DNA of 64,000 nucleotides from Escherichia coli (GCF_030013595.1 NZ_CP122768.1), one strand, 5' to 3'; positions 41,687 to 55,031 are shown, counted from the stretch's first letter. Notes: generated by a model from the sequence alone, not told the origin. Numbers and translations: made by a program.

Positions 41687-42121
41687 CTAAGGCATAGCTG
41701 ACCTTGCCAGGCCTGCTTCGCCCTGTAGTGACGCGATCAACGGGCAGGAAACATTCCCCTTTCGTGCATGGCAGGCGCACACGAGTTCAGACAGCACGGT
41801 TTCCATGCGCGCCAAGTCGGCCATCTTCTCGCGCACGTCCTTGAGCTTGTGTTCGGCCAGGCTGCTGGCCTCCTCGCAGTGGGTGCCATCGTCGAGCCGC
41901 AACAGCTCGGCAATCTCGTCCAGACTGAACCCCAGCCGCTGTGCCGATTTCACGAATTTCACCCGAACCACGTCCGCCTCCCCATAGCGGCGGATGCTGC
42001 CGTAAGGCTTGTCCGGTTCCCGCAACAGGCCCTTGCGCTGATAGAAGCGGATTGTCTCCACGTTGACCCCGGCCGCCTTGGCAAAAACGCCAATGGTCAG
42101 GTTTTCCAAATTATTTTCCAT
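41687..42121 (-). CDS. merR: Mercury resistance regulator MerR (144 aa)
   Basis: [33 protein letters not shown]; divergent from merT. Confidence 0.95.
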
Positions 42122-42126
42122 ATCGC

Positions 42127-42157
42127 TTGACTCCGTACATGAGTACGGAAGTAAGGT
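42127..42157. promoter_or_regulatory. mer operator/promoter (19-bp spacer, MerR-bound dyad)
   Basis: TTGACT - CCGTACATGAGTACGG dyad - TAAGGT between merR and merT. Confidence 0.8.
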
Positions 42158-42192
42158 TACGCTATCCAATCCAAATTCAAAAGGGCCAACGT

Positions 42193-42543
42193 ATGTCTGA
42201 ACCACAAAACGGGCGCGGTGCGCTCTTCGCCGGCGGGCTGGCCGCCATTCTTGCATCGACCTGCTGCCTGGGGCCGCTAGTACTGGTCGCCCTGGGCTTC
42301 TCCGGTGCTTGGATCGGCAACCTGACGGTGCTGGAACCCTATCGACCGTTGTTCATCGGCGCGGCGCTAGTGGCGCTGTTCTTCGCCTGGAAGCGGATTT
42401 ACCGGCCCGTGCAGGCATGCAAGCCAGGTGAGGTCTGCGCGATTCCGCAGGTGCGCGCCACCTACAAGCTGATTTTCTGGATCGTGGCCGTGCTGGTCCT
42501 GGTCGCGCTTGGATTTCCCTATGTCGTTCCATTTTTCTATTAA
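42193..42543 (+). CDS. merT: Mercuric ion transport protein MerT
   Basis: [28 protein letters not shown]. Confidence 0.95.
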
Positions 42544-42556
42544 CCAGGAGTTCATC

Positions 42557-42832
42557 ATGAAGAAACTGTTTGCCTCCCTTGCCCTCGCCGCCGCTGTTGC
42601 CCCGGTGTGGGCCGCTACCCAGACCGTCACGCTAGCGGTTCCCGGCATGACTTGCGCCGCCTGCCCGATCACAGTCAAGAAAGCGCTCTCCAAGGTCGAA
42701 GGCGTGAGCAAGGTCGATGTGGGCTTCGAGAAGCGCGAGGCCGTCGTCACTTTTGACGACACCAAGGCCAGCGTACAGAAGCTGACCAAGGCCACCGCAG
42801 ACGCCGGCTATCCGTCCAGCGTCAAGCAGTGA
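42557..42832 (+). CDS. merP: Periplasmic mercury-binding protein MerP
   Basis: Signal peptide and GMTCAAC metal-binding motif. Confidence 0.95.
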   Translation: MKKLFASLALAAAVAPVWAATQTVTLAVPGMTCAACPITVKKALSKVEGVSKVDVGFEKREAVVTFDDTKASVQKLTKATADAGYPSSVKQ

Positions 42833-42867
42833 GCCAGCAAGCCAACGACAACAGCGAGAGCCGCTTC

Positions 42868-43290
42868 ATGGGACTGATGACACGCATTGCCGATAAAACC
42901 GGCGCGCTCGGCAGCGTCGTTTCCGCGATGGGCTGCGCCGCCTGCTTTCCAGCCCTCGCCAGCTTCGGCGCGGCCATCGGGCTGGGCTTCTTGAGCCAGT
43001 ACGAGGGACTGTTCATCAGCCGCCTGCTGCCGCTGTTTGCCGCGCTGGCCTTCCTGGCGAACGCGCTGGGTTGGTTCAGTCATCGGCAATGGCTGCGCAG
43101 TCTGCTCGGCATGATCGGCCCGGCCATCGTGTTTGCGGCCACGGTCTGGCTGCTCGGCAACTGGTGGACGGCGAACCTGATGTACGTCGGCCTGGCCTTG
43201 ATGATTGGGGTGTCGATCTGGGACTTCGTGTCGCCGGCGCATCGCCGTTGCGGACCGGACGGCTGCGAACTCCCCGCCAAGCGCTTGTGA
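42868..43290 (+). CDS. merC: Mercury transport protein MerC
   Basis: MGLMTRIADKTGALGSVVSAMGCAACFP. Confidence 0.9.
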   Translation: MGLMTRIADKTGALGSVVSAMGCAACFPALASFGAAIGLGFLSQYEGLFISRLLPLFAALAFLANALGWFSHRQWLRSLLGMIGPAIVFAATVWLLGNWWTANLMYVGLALMIGVSIWDFVSPAHRRCGPDGCELPAKRL

Positions 43291-45036
<1,746 letters not shown>

Positions 45037-45053
45037 GGACAAGGAGGTGTGCG

Positions 45054-45416
45054 ATGAGCGCCTACACGGTATCGCAACTGGCCCATAACGCTGGGGTGAG
45101 CGTACATATCGTGCGCGACTACCTGGTGCGCGGCTTGTTACGGCCGGTGGCCTGCACCACGGGCGGCTACGGCGTGTTCGACGATGCGGCCTTGCAACGG
45201 CTGTGCTTCGTGCGCGCGGCCTTCGAGGCGGGTATCGGCCTGGATGCCCTGGCGCGGCTGTGCCGTGCGCTCGACGCAGCGGACGGCGCACAAGCCGCAG
45301 CGCAGCTTGCCGTGCTGCGCCAGTTGGTCGAGCGGCGGCGCGCGGCGTTGGCCCATCTGGACGCGCAACTGGCCTCCATGCCAGCCGAGCGGGCGCACGA
45401 GGAGGCATTGCCGTGA
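45054..45416 (+). CDS. merD: MerD co-regulator
   Basis: [29 protein letters not shown] (MerR-like HTH). Confidence 0.9.
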   Translation: MSAYTVSQLAHNAGVSVHIVRDYLVRGLLRPVACTTGGYGVFDDAALQRLCFVRAAFEAGIGLDALARLCRALDAADGAQAAAQLAVLRQLVERRRAALAHLDAQLASMPAERAHEEALP

Positions 45417-45649
45417 ACGCCCCTGACAAACTGCCGCCCGAGACGCGCCAACCCGTTTCCGGCTACCTGTGGGGTGCGCTGGCCGTGTTGACCTGCCCCT
45501 GCCATCTGCCGATTCTCGCCGCCGTGCTGGCCGGGACGACCGCCGGTGCCTTCCTTGGCGAGCATTGGGGTGTTGCCGCGCTCGCGCTGACCGGCTTGTT
45601 CGTTCTGGCCGTAACGCGGCTGCTGCGCGCCTTCCGGGGCGGATCATGA
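45413..45649 (+). CDS. merE: MerE (GTG start)
   Basis: [35 protein letters not shown]; 78 codons. Confidence 0.85.
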   Translation: MNAPDKLPPETRQPVSGYLWGALAVLTCPCHLPILAAVLAGTTAGAFLGEHWGVAALALTGLFVLAVTRLLRAFRGGS

Positions 45650-46353
45650 CGAGTTCGCAGCCCGCCGGATGGACGGCGGCCGAGTTGGCGCAGGCGGCGG
45701 CGCGCGGACAGCTTGACCTGCATTACCAGCCGCTGGTCGATCTGCGCGATCACCGGATCGCTGGCGCGGAAGCGTTGATGCGCTGGCGGCATCCGAGGCT
45801 TGGCCTGTTGCCGCCCGGCCAGTTCCTGCCGCTGGCCGAGTCGTTCGGCCTGATGCCGGAAATAGGCGCGTGGGTGCTGGGCGAGGCCTGTCGCCAGATG
45901 CACAAGTGGCAAGGACCGGCATGGCAACCGTTCCGTCTTGCCATCAATGTGTCCGCCAGCCAGGTTGGGCCAACGTTCGACGACGAGGTAAAGCGGGTGC
46001 TGGCCGATATGGCCCTGCCCGCCGAGCTTCTGGAGATCGAACTGACCGAATCGGTCGCATTCGGCAATCCAGCCCTGTTCGCCAGTTTCGACGCCTTGCG
46101 CGCCATCGGCGTGCGCTTCGCCGCCGACGACTTCGGCACCGGCTATTCCTGCCTGCAACATCTGAAATGCTGCCCCATCACCACATTGAAAATCGACCAA
46201 TCCTTTGTCGCCAGGCTCCCGGATGATGCCCGTGACCAAACTATCGTGCGGGCGGTGATCCAGCTCGCGCACGGGCTGGGCATGGATGTCATTTTCAGAA
46301 GACGACTGCACCAGTTGATTGGGCGTAATGGCTGTTGTGCAGCCAGCTCCTGA
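45646..46353 (+). CDS. urf2: Urf2 (EAL-domain protein; N-terminal part of urf2M split by the integron)
   Basis: EAL-domain motifs; reading frame runs into the integron IRt at 46287. Confidence 0.8.
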   Translation: MTSSQPAGWTAAELAQAAARGQLDLHYQPLVDLRDHRIAGAEALMRWRHPRLGLLPPGQFLPLAESFGLMPEIGAWVLGEACRQMHKWQGPAWQPFRLAINVSASQVGPTFDDEVKRVLADMALPAELLEIELTESVAFGNPALFASFDALRAIGVRFAADDFGTGYSCLQHLKCCPITTLKIDQSFVARLPDDARDQTIVRAVIQLAHGLGMDVIFRRRLHQLIGRNGCCAASS

Positions 46354-46427
46354 CAGTTCAATATCAGAAGTGATCTGCACCAATCTCGACTATGCTCAAT
46401 ACTCGTGTGCACCAAAGCGAGGTGAGC

Positions 46428-48107
46428 ATGGCGACGGACACCCCACGGATTCCAGAACAAGGCGTGGCCACTCTGCCTGATGAGGCTTGGGAGCGTGCGC
46501 GCCGTCGTGCGGAGATCATCAGTCCGTTGGCGCAGTCGGAGACGGTCGGGCACGAAGCGGCCGATATGGCGGCTCAGGCGCTGGGCTTGTCTCGGCGCCA
46601 GGTATACGTTCTGATCCGGCGTGCCCGGCAAGGCAGCGGCCTCGTGACGGATCTGGTGCCCGGCCAGTCCGGTGGAGGTAAAGGTAAGGGGCGCTTGCCG
46701 GAACCGGTCGAGCGCGTCATCCACGAGCTACTGCAAAAGCGGTTCCTGACCAAGCAGAAGCGCAGCCTAGCGGCCTTTCACCGCGAAGTCACTCAGGTGT
46801 GCAAGGCTCAAAAACTGCGAGTGCCGGCGCGCAATACCGTGGCCTTACGGATCGCTAGCCTTGACCCGCGCAAGGTCATCCGCCGGCGGGAAGGCCAGGA
46901 TGCCGCTCGTGACCTACAAGGTGTGGGCGGCGAGCCTCCTGCCGTGACCGCGCCGCTGGAGCAGGTGCAGATAGACCATACGGTCATCGACCTGATCGTG
47001 GTCGATGACCGCGACCGGCAACCTATTGGCCGCCCGTACCTGACCCTCGCCATCGACGTGTTCACCCGCTGCGTGCTCGGCATGGTCGTCACGCTGGAAG
47101 CGCCGTCTGCCGTTTCGGTTGGCCTGTGCCTCGTGCATGTCGCCTGCGACAAGCGCCCTTGGCTGGAAGGACTGAACGTGGAAATGGATTGGCAGATGAG
47201 CGGCAAGCCCTTGCTGCTCTACCTAGACAACGCGGCCGAGTTCAAGAGCGAGGCCCTGCGCCGGGGTTGCGAGCAGCATGGCATCCGGCTGGACTATCGC
47301 CCGCTGGGACAGCCGCACTATGGCGGCATCGTGGAACGGATCATCGGCACGGCGATGCAGATGATTCACGACGAACTGCCGGGAACGACCTTCTCCAACC
47401 CTGACCAGCGCGGCGACTACGATTCCGAAAACAAGGCCGCCCTGACGCTGCGCGAGCTAGAGCGCTGGCTCACATTGGCGGTCGGCACCTACCACGGTTC
47501 GGTGCACAACGGCCTGCTCCAACCGCCGGCCGCGCGCTGGGCCGAGGCCGTGGCGCGTGTCGGCGTACCGGCCGTCGTCACACGCGCTACTTCGTTCCTG
47601 GTCGATTTTCTGCCGATCCTCCGGCGCACGCTGACCCGCACCGGCTTTGTCATCGACCACATCCACTACTACGCCGATGCGCTCAAGCCGTGGATTGCGC
47701 GGCGTGAACGCTGGCCGTCCTTTCTGATCCGGCGCGATCCGCGCGACATCAGCCGTATCTGGGTCCTGGAACCGGAGGGACAGCATTACCTGGAAATTCC
47801 CTACCGTACCTTGTCGCATCCGGCTGTTACCCTCTGGGAACAACGGCAGGCGCTGGCGAAACTGCGGCAGCAAGGGCGCGAACAGGTGGATGAGTCGGCG
47901 CTGTTCCGCATGATCGGCCAGATGCGTGAGATTGTGACCAGCGCGCAGAAGGCCACACGCAAGGCGCGGCGTGACGCGGATCGCCGCCAGCACCTCAAGA
48001 CATCAGCTCGGCCGGACAAGCCCGTTCCGCCGGATACGGATATTGCCGACCCGCAGGCAGACAACTTGCCACCCGCCAAACCGTTCGACCAGATTGAGGA
48101 GTGGTAG
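46428..48107 (+). CDS. tniA: Tn402-family transposase TniA (559 aa)
   Basis: ATG at 46428; TniA sequence and position next to IRt. Confidence 0.9.
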   Translation: MATDTPRIPEQGVATLPDEAWERARRRAEIISPLAQSETVGHEAADMAAQALGLSRRQVYVLIRRARQGSGLVTDLVPGQSGGGKGKGRLPEPVERVIHELLQKRFLTKQKRSLAAFHREVTQVCKAQKLRVPARNTVALRIASLDPRKVIRRREGQDAARDLQGVGGEPPAVTAPLEQVQIDHTVIDLIVVDDRDRQPIGRPYLTLAIDVFTRCVLGMVVTLEAPSAVSVGLCLVHVACDKRPWLEGLNVEMDWQMSGKPLLLYLDNAAEFKSEALRRGCEQHGIRLDYRPLGQPHYGGIVERIIGTAMQMIHDELPGTTFSNPDQRGDYDSENKAALTLRELERWLTLAVGTYHGSVHNGLLQPPAARWAEAVARVGVPAVVTRATSFLVDFLPILRRTLTRTGFVIDHIHYYADALKPWIARRERWPSFLIRRDPRDISRIWVLEPEGQHYLEIPYRTLSHPAVTLWEQRQALAKLRQQGREQVDESALFRMIGQMREIVTSAQKATRKARRDADRRQHLKTSARPDKPVPPDTDIADPQADNLPPAKPFDQIEEW

Positions 48108-48970
48108 CCGTGGACGAATATCCCATCATCGACCTGTCCCACCTGCTGCCGGCGGCCCAGGGCTTGGCCCGTCTTCCGGCGGACGAGCGCATCCAGCGCC
48201 TTCGCGCCGACCGCTGGATCGGCTATCCGCGCGCAGTCGAGGCGCTGAACCGGCTGGAAGCCCTTTATGCGTGGCCAAACAAGCAACGCATGCCCAACCT
48301 GCTGCTGGTTGGCCCGACCAACAATGGCAAGTCGATGATCGTCGAGAAGTTCCGCCGCACCCACCCGGCCAGCTCCGACGCCGACCAGGAGCACATCCCG
48401 GTGTTGGTCGTGCAGATGCCGTCCGAGCCGTCCGTGATCCGCTTCTACGTCGCGCTGCTCGCCGCGATGGGCGCGCCGCTGCGCCCACGCCCACGGTTGC
48501 CGGAAATGGAGCAACTGGCTCTGGCACTGCTGCGCAAGGTCGGCGTGCGCATGCTGGTGATCGACGAGCTGCACAACGTGCTGGCCGGCAACAGCGTCAA
48601 CCGCCGGGAATTCCTCAACCTGCTGCGCTTCCTCGGCAACGAACTGCGCATCCCGTTGGTTGGGGTAGGCACGCGCGACGCCTACCTAGCCATCCGCTCC
48701 GATGACCAGTTGGAAAATCGCTTCGAGCCGATGATGCTGCCGGTATGGGAGGCCAACGACGATTGCTGCTCACTGCTGGCCAGCTTCGCCGCTTCGCTCC
48801 CGCTGCGCCGGCCTTCCCCAATTGCCACGCTGGACATGGCTCGCTACCTGCTCACACGCAGCGAGGGCACCATAGGGGAACTGGCGCACTTGCTGATGGC
48901 GGCGGCCATCGTCGCCGTGGAGAGCGGCGAGGAAGCGATCAACCATCGCACACTCAGCATGGCCTGTTGA
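48101..48970 (+). CDS. tniB: TniB ATP-binding protein, 3'-truncated by IS1326 (tniB-delta)
   Basis: Walker A GPTNNGKS; ORF ends at the IS1326 terminus. Confidence 0.85.
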   Translation: MVAVDEYPIIDLSHLLPAAQGLARLPADERIQRLRADRWIGYPRAVEALNRLEALYAWPNKQRMPNLLLVGPTNNGKSMIVEKFRRTHPASSDADQEHIPVLVVQMPSEPSVIRFYVALLAAMGAPLRPRPRLPEMEQLALALLRKVGVRMLVIDELHNVLAGNSVNRREFLNLLRFLGNELRIPLVGVGTRDAYLAIRSDDQLENRFEPMMLPVWEANDDCCSLLASFAASLPLRRPSPIATLDMARYLLTRSEGTIGELAHLLMAAAIVAVESGEEAINHRTLSMAC

Positions 48971-49071
48971 GTTGCATCTAAAATTGACCCACTTAGGGTA
49001 AAGATTTGCGTCGAAATTTGACCCACGTATGACACTGTTTCCCGTCTGGATATGGCGGGAGAAATCAAGGA

Positions 49072-50595
49072 GTGATAAACGTGGCGATATTGAGCGCAAT
49101 TCGACGCTGGCATTTTCGCGATGGTGCGTCGATTCGGGAAATAGCCCGACGAAGCGGCCTGTCCAGGAACACCGTTCGCAAGTATTTGCAAAGCAAGGTG
49201 GTTGAACCGCAGTACCCAGCGCGAGACAGCGTTGGCAAGTTAAGTCCTTTTGAGCCCAAGTTAAGGCAGTGGCTCTCCACCGAGCACAAAAAGACAAAGA
49301 AGCTGCGCAGAAACCTGCGCAGCATGTACCGGGATTTGGTCGCTTTGGGCTTTACCGGGTCTTATGACCGAGTGTGTGCCTTTGCCCGACAGTGGAAAGA
49401 TTCCGAACAGTTCAAGGCGCAAACCTCGGGCAAGGGTTGTTTCATCCCCTTGCGCTTTGCTTGTGGCGAAGCCTTCCAATTCGATTGGAGTGAGGACTTT
49501 GCCCGCATAGCGGGCAAACAGGTCAAACTTCAGATTGCCCAGTTTAAGTTGGCCCACAGCCGGGCCTTTGTGCTTCGGGCTTACTACCAGCAAAAACATG
49601 AAATGCTGTTTGATGCCCACTGGCATGCCTTTCAAATCTTCGGTGGCATTCCCAAGCGCGGCATCTACGACAACATGAAGACCGCTGTGGATTCGGTGGG
49701 GCGTGGCAAAGAGCGCAGGGTCAATCAGCGGTTCACTGCCATGGTCAGCCACTACCTGTTTGATGCGCAGTTCTGTAATCCAGCATCGGGTTGGGAGAAA
49801 GGCCAGATTGAGAAGAACGTGCAGGATTCCCGCCAACGCCTGTGGCAAGGGGCACCAGACTTTCAAAGCCTTGCTGATTTGAATGTGTGGCTTGAGCATC
49901 GCTGCAAAGCGCTGTGGTCTGAGCTGCGCCACCCCGAATTGGACCAAACCGTGCAAGAGGCCTTTGCCGATGAACAAGGCGAGTTGATGGCGCTACCCAA
50001 TGCCTTTGATGCATTCGTGGAGCAAACCAAGCGAGTCACTTCAACCTGCCTTGTTCACCACGAGGGCAATCGCTACAGCGTTCCTGCCAGTTACGCCAAC
50101 AGGGCCATCAGCCTTCGGATTTATGCAGACAAGCTGGTGATGGCTGCCGAAGGCCAACACATTGCCGAGCATCCAAGATTGTTTGGCAGTGGCCACGCTC
50201 GGCGTGGCCACACACAATACGACTGGCACCATTACTTGTCTGTGCTTCAGAAGAAACCTGGGGCGTTGCGCAATGGTGCGCCATTTGCTGAATTGCCACC
50301 CGCGTTCAAGAAGCTTCAATCCATCTTGCTGCAACGCCCCGGCGGTGACCGTGACATGGTGGAAATTCTGGCCCTTGTATTGCACCACGATGAAGGTGCG
50401 GTACTCAGTGCTGTGGAATTGGCATTGGAGTGTGGCAAGCCATCGAAGGAGCATGTGCTTAATCTGTTGGGACGTTTGACCGAAGAACCTCCACCCAAAC
50501 CGATTCCAATTCCCAAGGGGTTAAGGCTGACATTGGAACCACAGGCCAACGTGAACCGCTATGACAGTTTAAGGAGAGCCCATGATGCAGCATGA
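49072..50595 (+). CDS. istA: IS1326 transposase IstA (507 aa)
   Basis: ORF track; IS21-family IstA. Confidence 0.9.
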   Translation: MINVAILSAIRRWHFRDGASIREIARRSGLSRNTVRKYLQSKVVEPQYPARDSVGKLSPFEPKLRQWLSTEHKKTKKLRRNLRSMYRDLVALGFTGSYDRVCAFARQWKDSEQFKAQTSGKGCFIPLRFACGEAFQFDWSEDFARIAGKQVKLQIAQFKLAHSRAFVLRAYYQQKHEMLFDAHWHAFQIFGGIPKRGIYDNMKTAVDSVGRGKERRVNQRFTAMVSHYLFDAQFCNPASGWEKGQIEKNVQDSRQRLWQGAPDFQSLADLNVWLEHRCKALWSELRHPELDQTVQEAFADEQGELMALPNAFDAFVEQTKRVTSTCLVHHEGNRYSVPASYANRAISLRIYADKLVMAAEGQHIAEHPRLFGSGHARRGHTQYDWHHYLSVLQKKPGALRNGAPFAELPPAFKKLQSILLQRPGGDRDMVEILALVLHHDEGAVLSAVELALECGKPSKEHVLNLLGRLTEEPPPKPIPIPKGLRLTLEPQANVNRYDSLRRAHDAA

Positions 50596-51367
50596 AGGCC
50601 ATGTGAGAATCCTCAAATCCTTGAAACTCTTTGGCATGGCACACGCCATTGAGGAGTTGGGCAATCAGAATTCACCAGCATTTAATCAAGCCTTGCCCAT
50701 GCTGGACAGCTTGATTAAAGCTGAAGTGGCAGAGCGTGAAGTACGTTCGGTGAACTATCAATTGCGGGTGGCCAAGTTCCCCGTGTATCGGGACTTGGTG
50801 GGCTTTGACTTCAGTCAAAGCCTGGTTAATGAGGCCACGGTCAAACAATTGCACCGGTGCGACTTCATGGAACAAGCCCAGAACGTGGTGCTGATTGGTG
50901 GGCCAGGCACAGGCAAGACTCACCTGGCCACAGCCATTGGTACACAAGCAGTGATGCACTTGAACCGACGGGTGCGTTTCTTCTCCACCGTGGATTTGGT
51001 CAATGCACTGGAGCAAGAGAAATCATCTGGGCGTCAGGGACAAATCGCAAACCGTCTGTTGTATGCCGATTTGGTGATTCTGGATGAGCTGGGATATTTG
51101 CCTTTTAGCCAAACCGGTGGGGCACTGCTGTTTCACCTGCTCTCAAAGCTGTACGAAAAAACCAGCGTGATACTGACCACCAACTTGAGCTTCTCGGAAT
51201 GGAGCCGAGTGTTTGGCGATGAAAAGATGACAACAGCGTTGTTGGACCGACTAACCCACCACTGCCACATCCTGGAAACCGGCAATGAAAGTTACCGCTT
51301 CAAACACAGTTCAACTCAGAATAAGCAGGAGGAAAAACAGACCCGCAAACTGAAAATCGAGACATAA
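50582..51367 (+). CDS. istB: IS1326 helper ATPase IstB (261 aa)
   Basis: Walker [11 protein letters not shown]. Confidence 0.9.
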   Translation: MMQHEGHVRILKSLKLFGMAHAIEELGNQNSPAFNQALPMLDSLIKAEVAEREVRSVNYQLRVAKFPVYRDLVGFDFSQSLVNEATVKQLHRCDFMEQAQNVVLIGGPGTGKTHLATAIGTQAVMHLNRRVRFFSTVDLVNALEQEKSSGRQGQIANRLLYADLVILDELGYLPFSQTGGALLFHLLSKLYEKTSVILTTNLSFSEWSRVFGDEKMTTALLDRLTHHCHILETGNESYRFKHSSTQNKQEEKQTRKLKIET

Positions 51368-51542
51368 TTCTGACAACAAGGGGTGGGTCAAAATTCAATG
51401 CAAATCCCGGGTCAAATTTGGGTGCAAATCAACAGATATCGACAACCTCTCGCGCAACCAAGACATCGCGGTCGGACTGCAAGTGATCTTGAAGCCACGG
51501 GCCCGTCCCACCCCGACATGGACCTCGATGCCCGAACGGACG

Positions 51543-52043
51543 TTAGATTTCGAGTTCTAGGCGTTCTGCGATGAAGGTTGGATCCCAGCCGGGATTGAAA
51601 GTGTCGACGTGGGTGAATCCGAGCCGCTCGTATAGGCCACGCAGGTTCGGGTGGCAGTCGAGCCGCAGCTTGGCGCACCCCTGCGTTCGCGCGGCATGGC
51701 GGCAAGCCTCGATCAGCGCGGAGCTGACACCCCGGCCCGCATGTGTCCGTCGCACCGCGAGCTTGTGCAGATATGCGGCCTCCCCCTTGAGGGCGTCGGG
51801 CCAGAACTCGGGATCCTCGGCCGACAAGGTGCAACAGCCGACGATGCCGTCGCTGCAACTCGCGACTAGGAGCTCGGATCTCAGGACGAAGGTCTCCGCG
51901 AATGTCCGGTCGATCCGCGCGACGTCCCAGGCGGGCGTTCCCTTGGCGGACATCCACGCCGCAGCGTCGTGCATCAGCCGCACAACCTCGTCGATATCAC
52001 CCGAGCAGGCGACCCGAACGTTCGGAGGCTCCTCGCTGTCCAT
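51543..52043 (-). CDS. orf5 GNAT-family acetyltransferase of the integron 3'-CS
   Basis: ORF track; conserved position after sul1. Confidence 0.85.
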   Translation of the reverse strand: MDSEEPPNVRVACSGDIDEVVRLMHDAAAWMSAKGTPAWDVARIDRTFAETFVLRSELLVASCSDGIVGCCTLSAEDPEFWPDALKGEAAYLHKLAVRRTHAGRGVSSALIEACRHAARTQGCAKLRLDCHPNLRGLYERLGFTHVDTFNPGWDPTFIAERLELEI

Positions 52044-52170
52044 TCGCTCCCCTGGCGCGGTATGAACCGCCGCCTCATAGTGCAGTTTGATCCTGACGAG
52101 CCCAGCATGTCTGCGCCCACCTTCGCGGAACCTGACCAGGGTCCGCTAGCGGGCGGCCGGAAGGTGAATG

Positions 52171-53010
52171 CTAGGCATGATCTAACCCTCGGTCTCTGGC
52201 GTCGCGACTGCGAAATTTCGCGAGGGTTTCCGAGAAGGTGATTGCGCTTCGCAGATCTCCAGGCGCGTGGGTGCGGACGTAGTCAGCGCCATTGCCGATC
52301 GCGTGAAGTTCCGCCGCAAGGCTCGCTGGACCCAGATCCTTTACAGGAAGGCCAACGGTGGCGCCCAAGAAGGATTTCCGCGACACCGAGACCAATAGCG
52401 GAAGCCCCAACGCCGACTTCAGCTTTTGAAGGTTCGACAGCACGTGCAGCGATGTTTCCGGTGCGGGGCTCAAGAAAAATCCCATCCCCGGATCGAGGAT
52501 GAGCCGGTCGGCAGCGACCCCGCTCCGTCGCAAGGCGGAAACCCGCGCCTCGAAGAACCGCACAATCTCGTCGAGCGCGTCTTCGGGTCGAAGGTGACCG
52601 GTGCGGGTGGCGATGCCATCCCGCTGCGCTGAGTGCATAACCACCAGCCTGCAGTCCGCCTCAGCAATATCGGGATAGAGCGCAGGGTCAGGAAATCCTT
52701 GGATATCGTTCAGGTAGCCCACGCCGCGCTTGAGCGCATAGCGCTGGGTTTCCGGTTGGAAGCTGTCGATTGAAACACGGTGCATCTGATCGGACAGGGC
52801 GTCTAAGAGCGGCGCAATACGTCTGATCTCATCGGCCGGCGATACAGGCCTCGCGTCCGGATGGCTGGCGGCCGGTCCGACATCCACGACGTCTGATCCG
52901 ACTCGCAGCATTTCGATCGCCGCGGTGACAGCGCCGGCGGGGTCTAGCCGCCGGCTCTCATCGAAGAAGGAGTCCTCGGTGAGATTCAGAATGCCGAACA
53001 CCGTCACCAT
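52171..53010 (-). CDS. sul1: Sulfonamide-resistant dihydropteroate synthase Sul1 (279 aa)
   Basis: [28 protein letters not shown]; start at internal Met (ATG 53010). Confidence 0.97.
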   Translation of the reverse strand: MVTVFGILNLTEDSFFDESRRLDPAGAVTAAIEMLRVGSDVVDVGPAASHPDARPVSPADEIRRIAPLLDALSDQMHRVSIDSFQPETQRYALKRGVGYLNDIQGFPDPALYPDIAEADCRLVVMHSAQRDGIATRTGHLRPEDALDEIVRFFEARVSALRRSGVAADRLILDPGMGFFLSPAPETSLHVLSNLQKLKSALGLPLLVSVSRKSFLGATVGLPVKDLGPASLAAELHAIGNGADYVRTHAPGDLRSAITFSETLAKFRSRDARDRGLDHA

Positions 53011-53351
53011 GGCGTCGGCCTCCGCAGCGACTTCCACGATGGGGATCGGGCGAGCAAAAAGGCAGCAATTATGAGCCCCATACCTACAAAGCCCCACGCA
53101 TCAAGCTTTTGCCCATGAAGCAACCAGGCAATGGCTGTAATTATGACGACGCCGAGTCCCGACCAGACTGCATAAGCAACACCGACAGGGATGGATTTCA
53201 GAACCAGAGAAAGAAAATAAAATGCGATGCCATAACCGATTATGACAACGGCGGAAGGGGCAAGCTTAGTAAAGCCCTCGCTAGATTTTAATGCGGATGT
53301 TGCGATTACTTCGCCAACTATTGCGATAACAAGAAAAAGCCAGCCTTTCAT
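53004..53351 (-). CDS. qacEdelta1: QacE-delta1 small multidrug resistance protein (115 aa)
   Basis: [27 protein letters not shown]; overlaps sul1 start as in the 3'-CS. Confidence 0.95.
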   Translation of the reverse strand: MKGWLFLVIAIVGEVIATSALKSSEGFTKLAPSAVVIIGYGIAFYFLSLVLKSIPVGVAYAVWSGLGVVIITAIAWLLHGQKLDAWGFVGMGLIIAAFLLARSPSWKSLRRPTPW

Positions 53352-53454
53352 GATATATCTCCCAATTTGTGTAGGGCTTATTATGCACGCTTAAAAATAA
53401 TAAAAGCAGACTTGACCTGATAGTTTGGCTGTGAGCAATTATGTGCTTAGTGCA

Positions 53455-53514
53455 TCTAACGCTTGAGTTAAGCCGCGCCGCGAAGCGGCGTCGGCTTGAA
53501 CGAATTGTTAGACA
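53455..53514 (-). other. attC (59-be) of the aadA1 cassette
   Basis: Imperfect palindrome GCCTAACAATTCGTTCAAGCCGACGCCGCTTCGCGGCGCGGCTTAACTCAAGCGTTAGA after aadA1 stop. Confidence 0.75.
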
Positions 53515-54306
53515 TTATTTGCCGACTACCTTGGTGATCTCGCCTTTCACGTAGTGGACAAATTCTTCCAACTGATCTGCGCGCGAGGCCAAGCGATCTT
53601 CTTCTTGTCCAAGATAAGCCTGTCTAGCTTCAAGTATGACGGGCTGATACTGGGCCGGCAGGCGCTCCATTGCCCAGTCGGCAGCGACATCCTTCGGCGC
53701 GATTTTGCCGGTTACTGCGCTGTACCAAATGCGGGACAACGTAAGCACTACATTTCGCTCATCGCCAGCCCAGTCGGGCGGCGAGTTCCATAGCGTTAAG
53801 GTTTCATTTAGCGCCTCAAATAGATCCTGTTCAGGAACCGGATCAAAGAGTTCCTCCGCCGCTGGACCTACCAAGGCAACGCTATGTTCTCTTGCTTTTG
53901 TCAGCAAGATAGCCAGATCAATGTCGATCGTGGCTGGCTCGAAGATACCTGCAAGAATGTCATTGCGCTGCCATTCTCCAAATTGCAGTTCGCGCTTAGC
54001 TGGATAACGCCACGGAATGATGTCGTCGTGCACAACAATGGTGACTTCTACAGCGCGGAGAATCTCGCTCTCTCCAGGGGAAGCCGAAGTTTCCAAAAGG
54101 TCGTTGATCAAAGCTCGCCGCGTTGTTTCATCAAGCCTTACGGTCACCGTAACCAGCAAATCAATATCACTGTGTGGCTTCAGGCCGCCATCCACTGCGG
54201 AGCCGTACAAATGTACGGCCAGCAACGTCGGTTCGAGATGGCGCTCGATGACGCCAACTACCTCTGATAGTTGAGTCGATACTTCGGCGATCACCGCTTC
54301 CCTCAT
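53515..54306 (-). CDS. aadA1: Aminoglycoside 3''-adenylyltransferase AadA1 (263 aa)
   Basis: MREAVIAEVSTQLSEVVGVIERHLEPTLLAVHLYGSAVDGGLKPHSDIDLLV; cassette boundary GTTAAACATCATG. Confidence 0.95.
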   Translation of the reverse strand: MREAVIAEVSTQLSEVVGVIERHLEPTLLAVHLYGSAVDGGLKPHSDIDLLVTVTVRLDETTRRALINDLLETSASPGESEILRAVEVTIVVHDDIIPWRYPAKRELQFGEWQRNDILAGIFEPATIDIDLAILLTKAREHSVALVGPAAEELFDPVPEQDLFEALNETLTLWNSPPDWAGDERNVVLTLSRIWYSAVTGKIAPKDVAADWAMERLPAQYQPVILEARQAYLGQEEDRLASRADQLEEFVHYVKGEITKVVGK

Positions 54307-54398
54307 GATGTTTAACGCCTGGCACAGCGGATCGCAAACCTGGCGCGGCTTTTGGTACAAAAGGCGTGACAGGTTTGCGAATCCGTTGCTGCCACTTG
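54307..54398 (-). other. attC of the dfrA1 cassette
   Basis: Position between dfrA1 stop and aadA1 cassette start; palindromic GTTAACAAGTGGCAGCAACGGATTCGCAAACCTGTCACGCC. Confidence 0.7.
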
Positions 54399-54872
54399 TT
54401 AACCCTTTTGCCAGATTTGGTAGCTATAATTTATGTTAGAGGCGAAGTCTTGGGTAAAAACTGGCCTAAAATTGCTGGGGATTTCAGGAAAGTAAACATC
54501 ACCTTCCGGCTCGATGTCTATTGTAGATATATGTAGTGTATCTACTTGATCGATCAGGCTTTTGTATATCTCCCCACCACCTGAAACAATGACATGATCC
54601 GTTATTTTCTTTAGGTTGGTTAAAGCATCTTTAATTGATGGAAAGATCAATACGTTCTCATTGTCAGATGTAAAACTTGAACGTGTTACGACCGCATACT
54701 TTCGGTTGGGTAATGCTCCCATTGATTCAAAAGTCTTGCGTCCAACCAACAGCCATTGGTTATACGTAATAGCTTTAAACAGGAGCTGTTCACCTTTGGC
54801 ACTCCATGGAATATCAGGGCCATTCCCGATAACTCCATTCTTCGATATAGCTACCATTAGTGATAGTTTCAC
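54399..54872 (-). CDS. dfrA1: Trimethoprim-resistant dihydrofolate reductase DfrA1 (157 aa)
   Basis: [52 protein letters not shown]. Confidence 0.95.
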
Positions 54873-54940
54873 AATTCTTCCTCAGAGGTTAACTTTGTTT
54901 TAGGGCGACTGCCCTGCTGCGTAACATCGTTGCTGCTCCA
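54873..54940. other. attI1 recombination site region
   Basis: Position between intI1 and first cassette; GTTAGGGCGACTGCCCTGCTGCGTAACATCGTTGCTGCTCCATAACATCAAAC. Confidence 0.7.
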
Positions 54941-55031
54941 TAACATCAAACATCGACCCACGGCGTAACGCGCTTGCTGCTTGGATGCCCGAGGCATAGA
55001 CTGTACCCCAAAAAAACAGTCATAACAAGCC

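Larger units (their letters stand above)
48970..51439 (+). mobile_element. IS1326 (IS21 family), boundaries approximate
   Basis: istA/istB pair inserted in tniB, as in In2; repeated GACCCA... terminal motifs. Confidence 0.8.

Noticed and set aside
45463-46383. 306-aa ORF antisense to merE/urf2
   Set aside because: Antisense to well-supported Tn21 genes in GC-rich sequence; no RBS or family support.
47801-48574. 257-aa minus-strand ORF across tniA/tniB
   Set aside because: Antisense to tniA and tniB in GC-rich DNA; Arg/Ala-rich low-complexity product.
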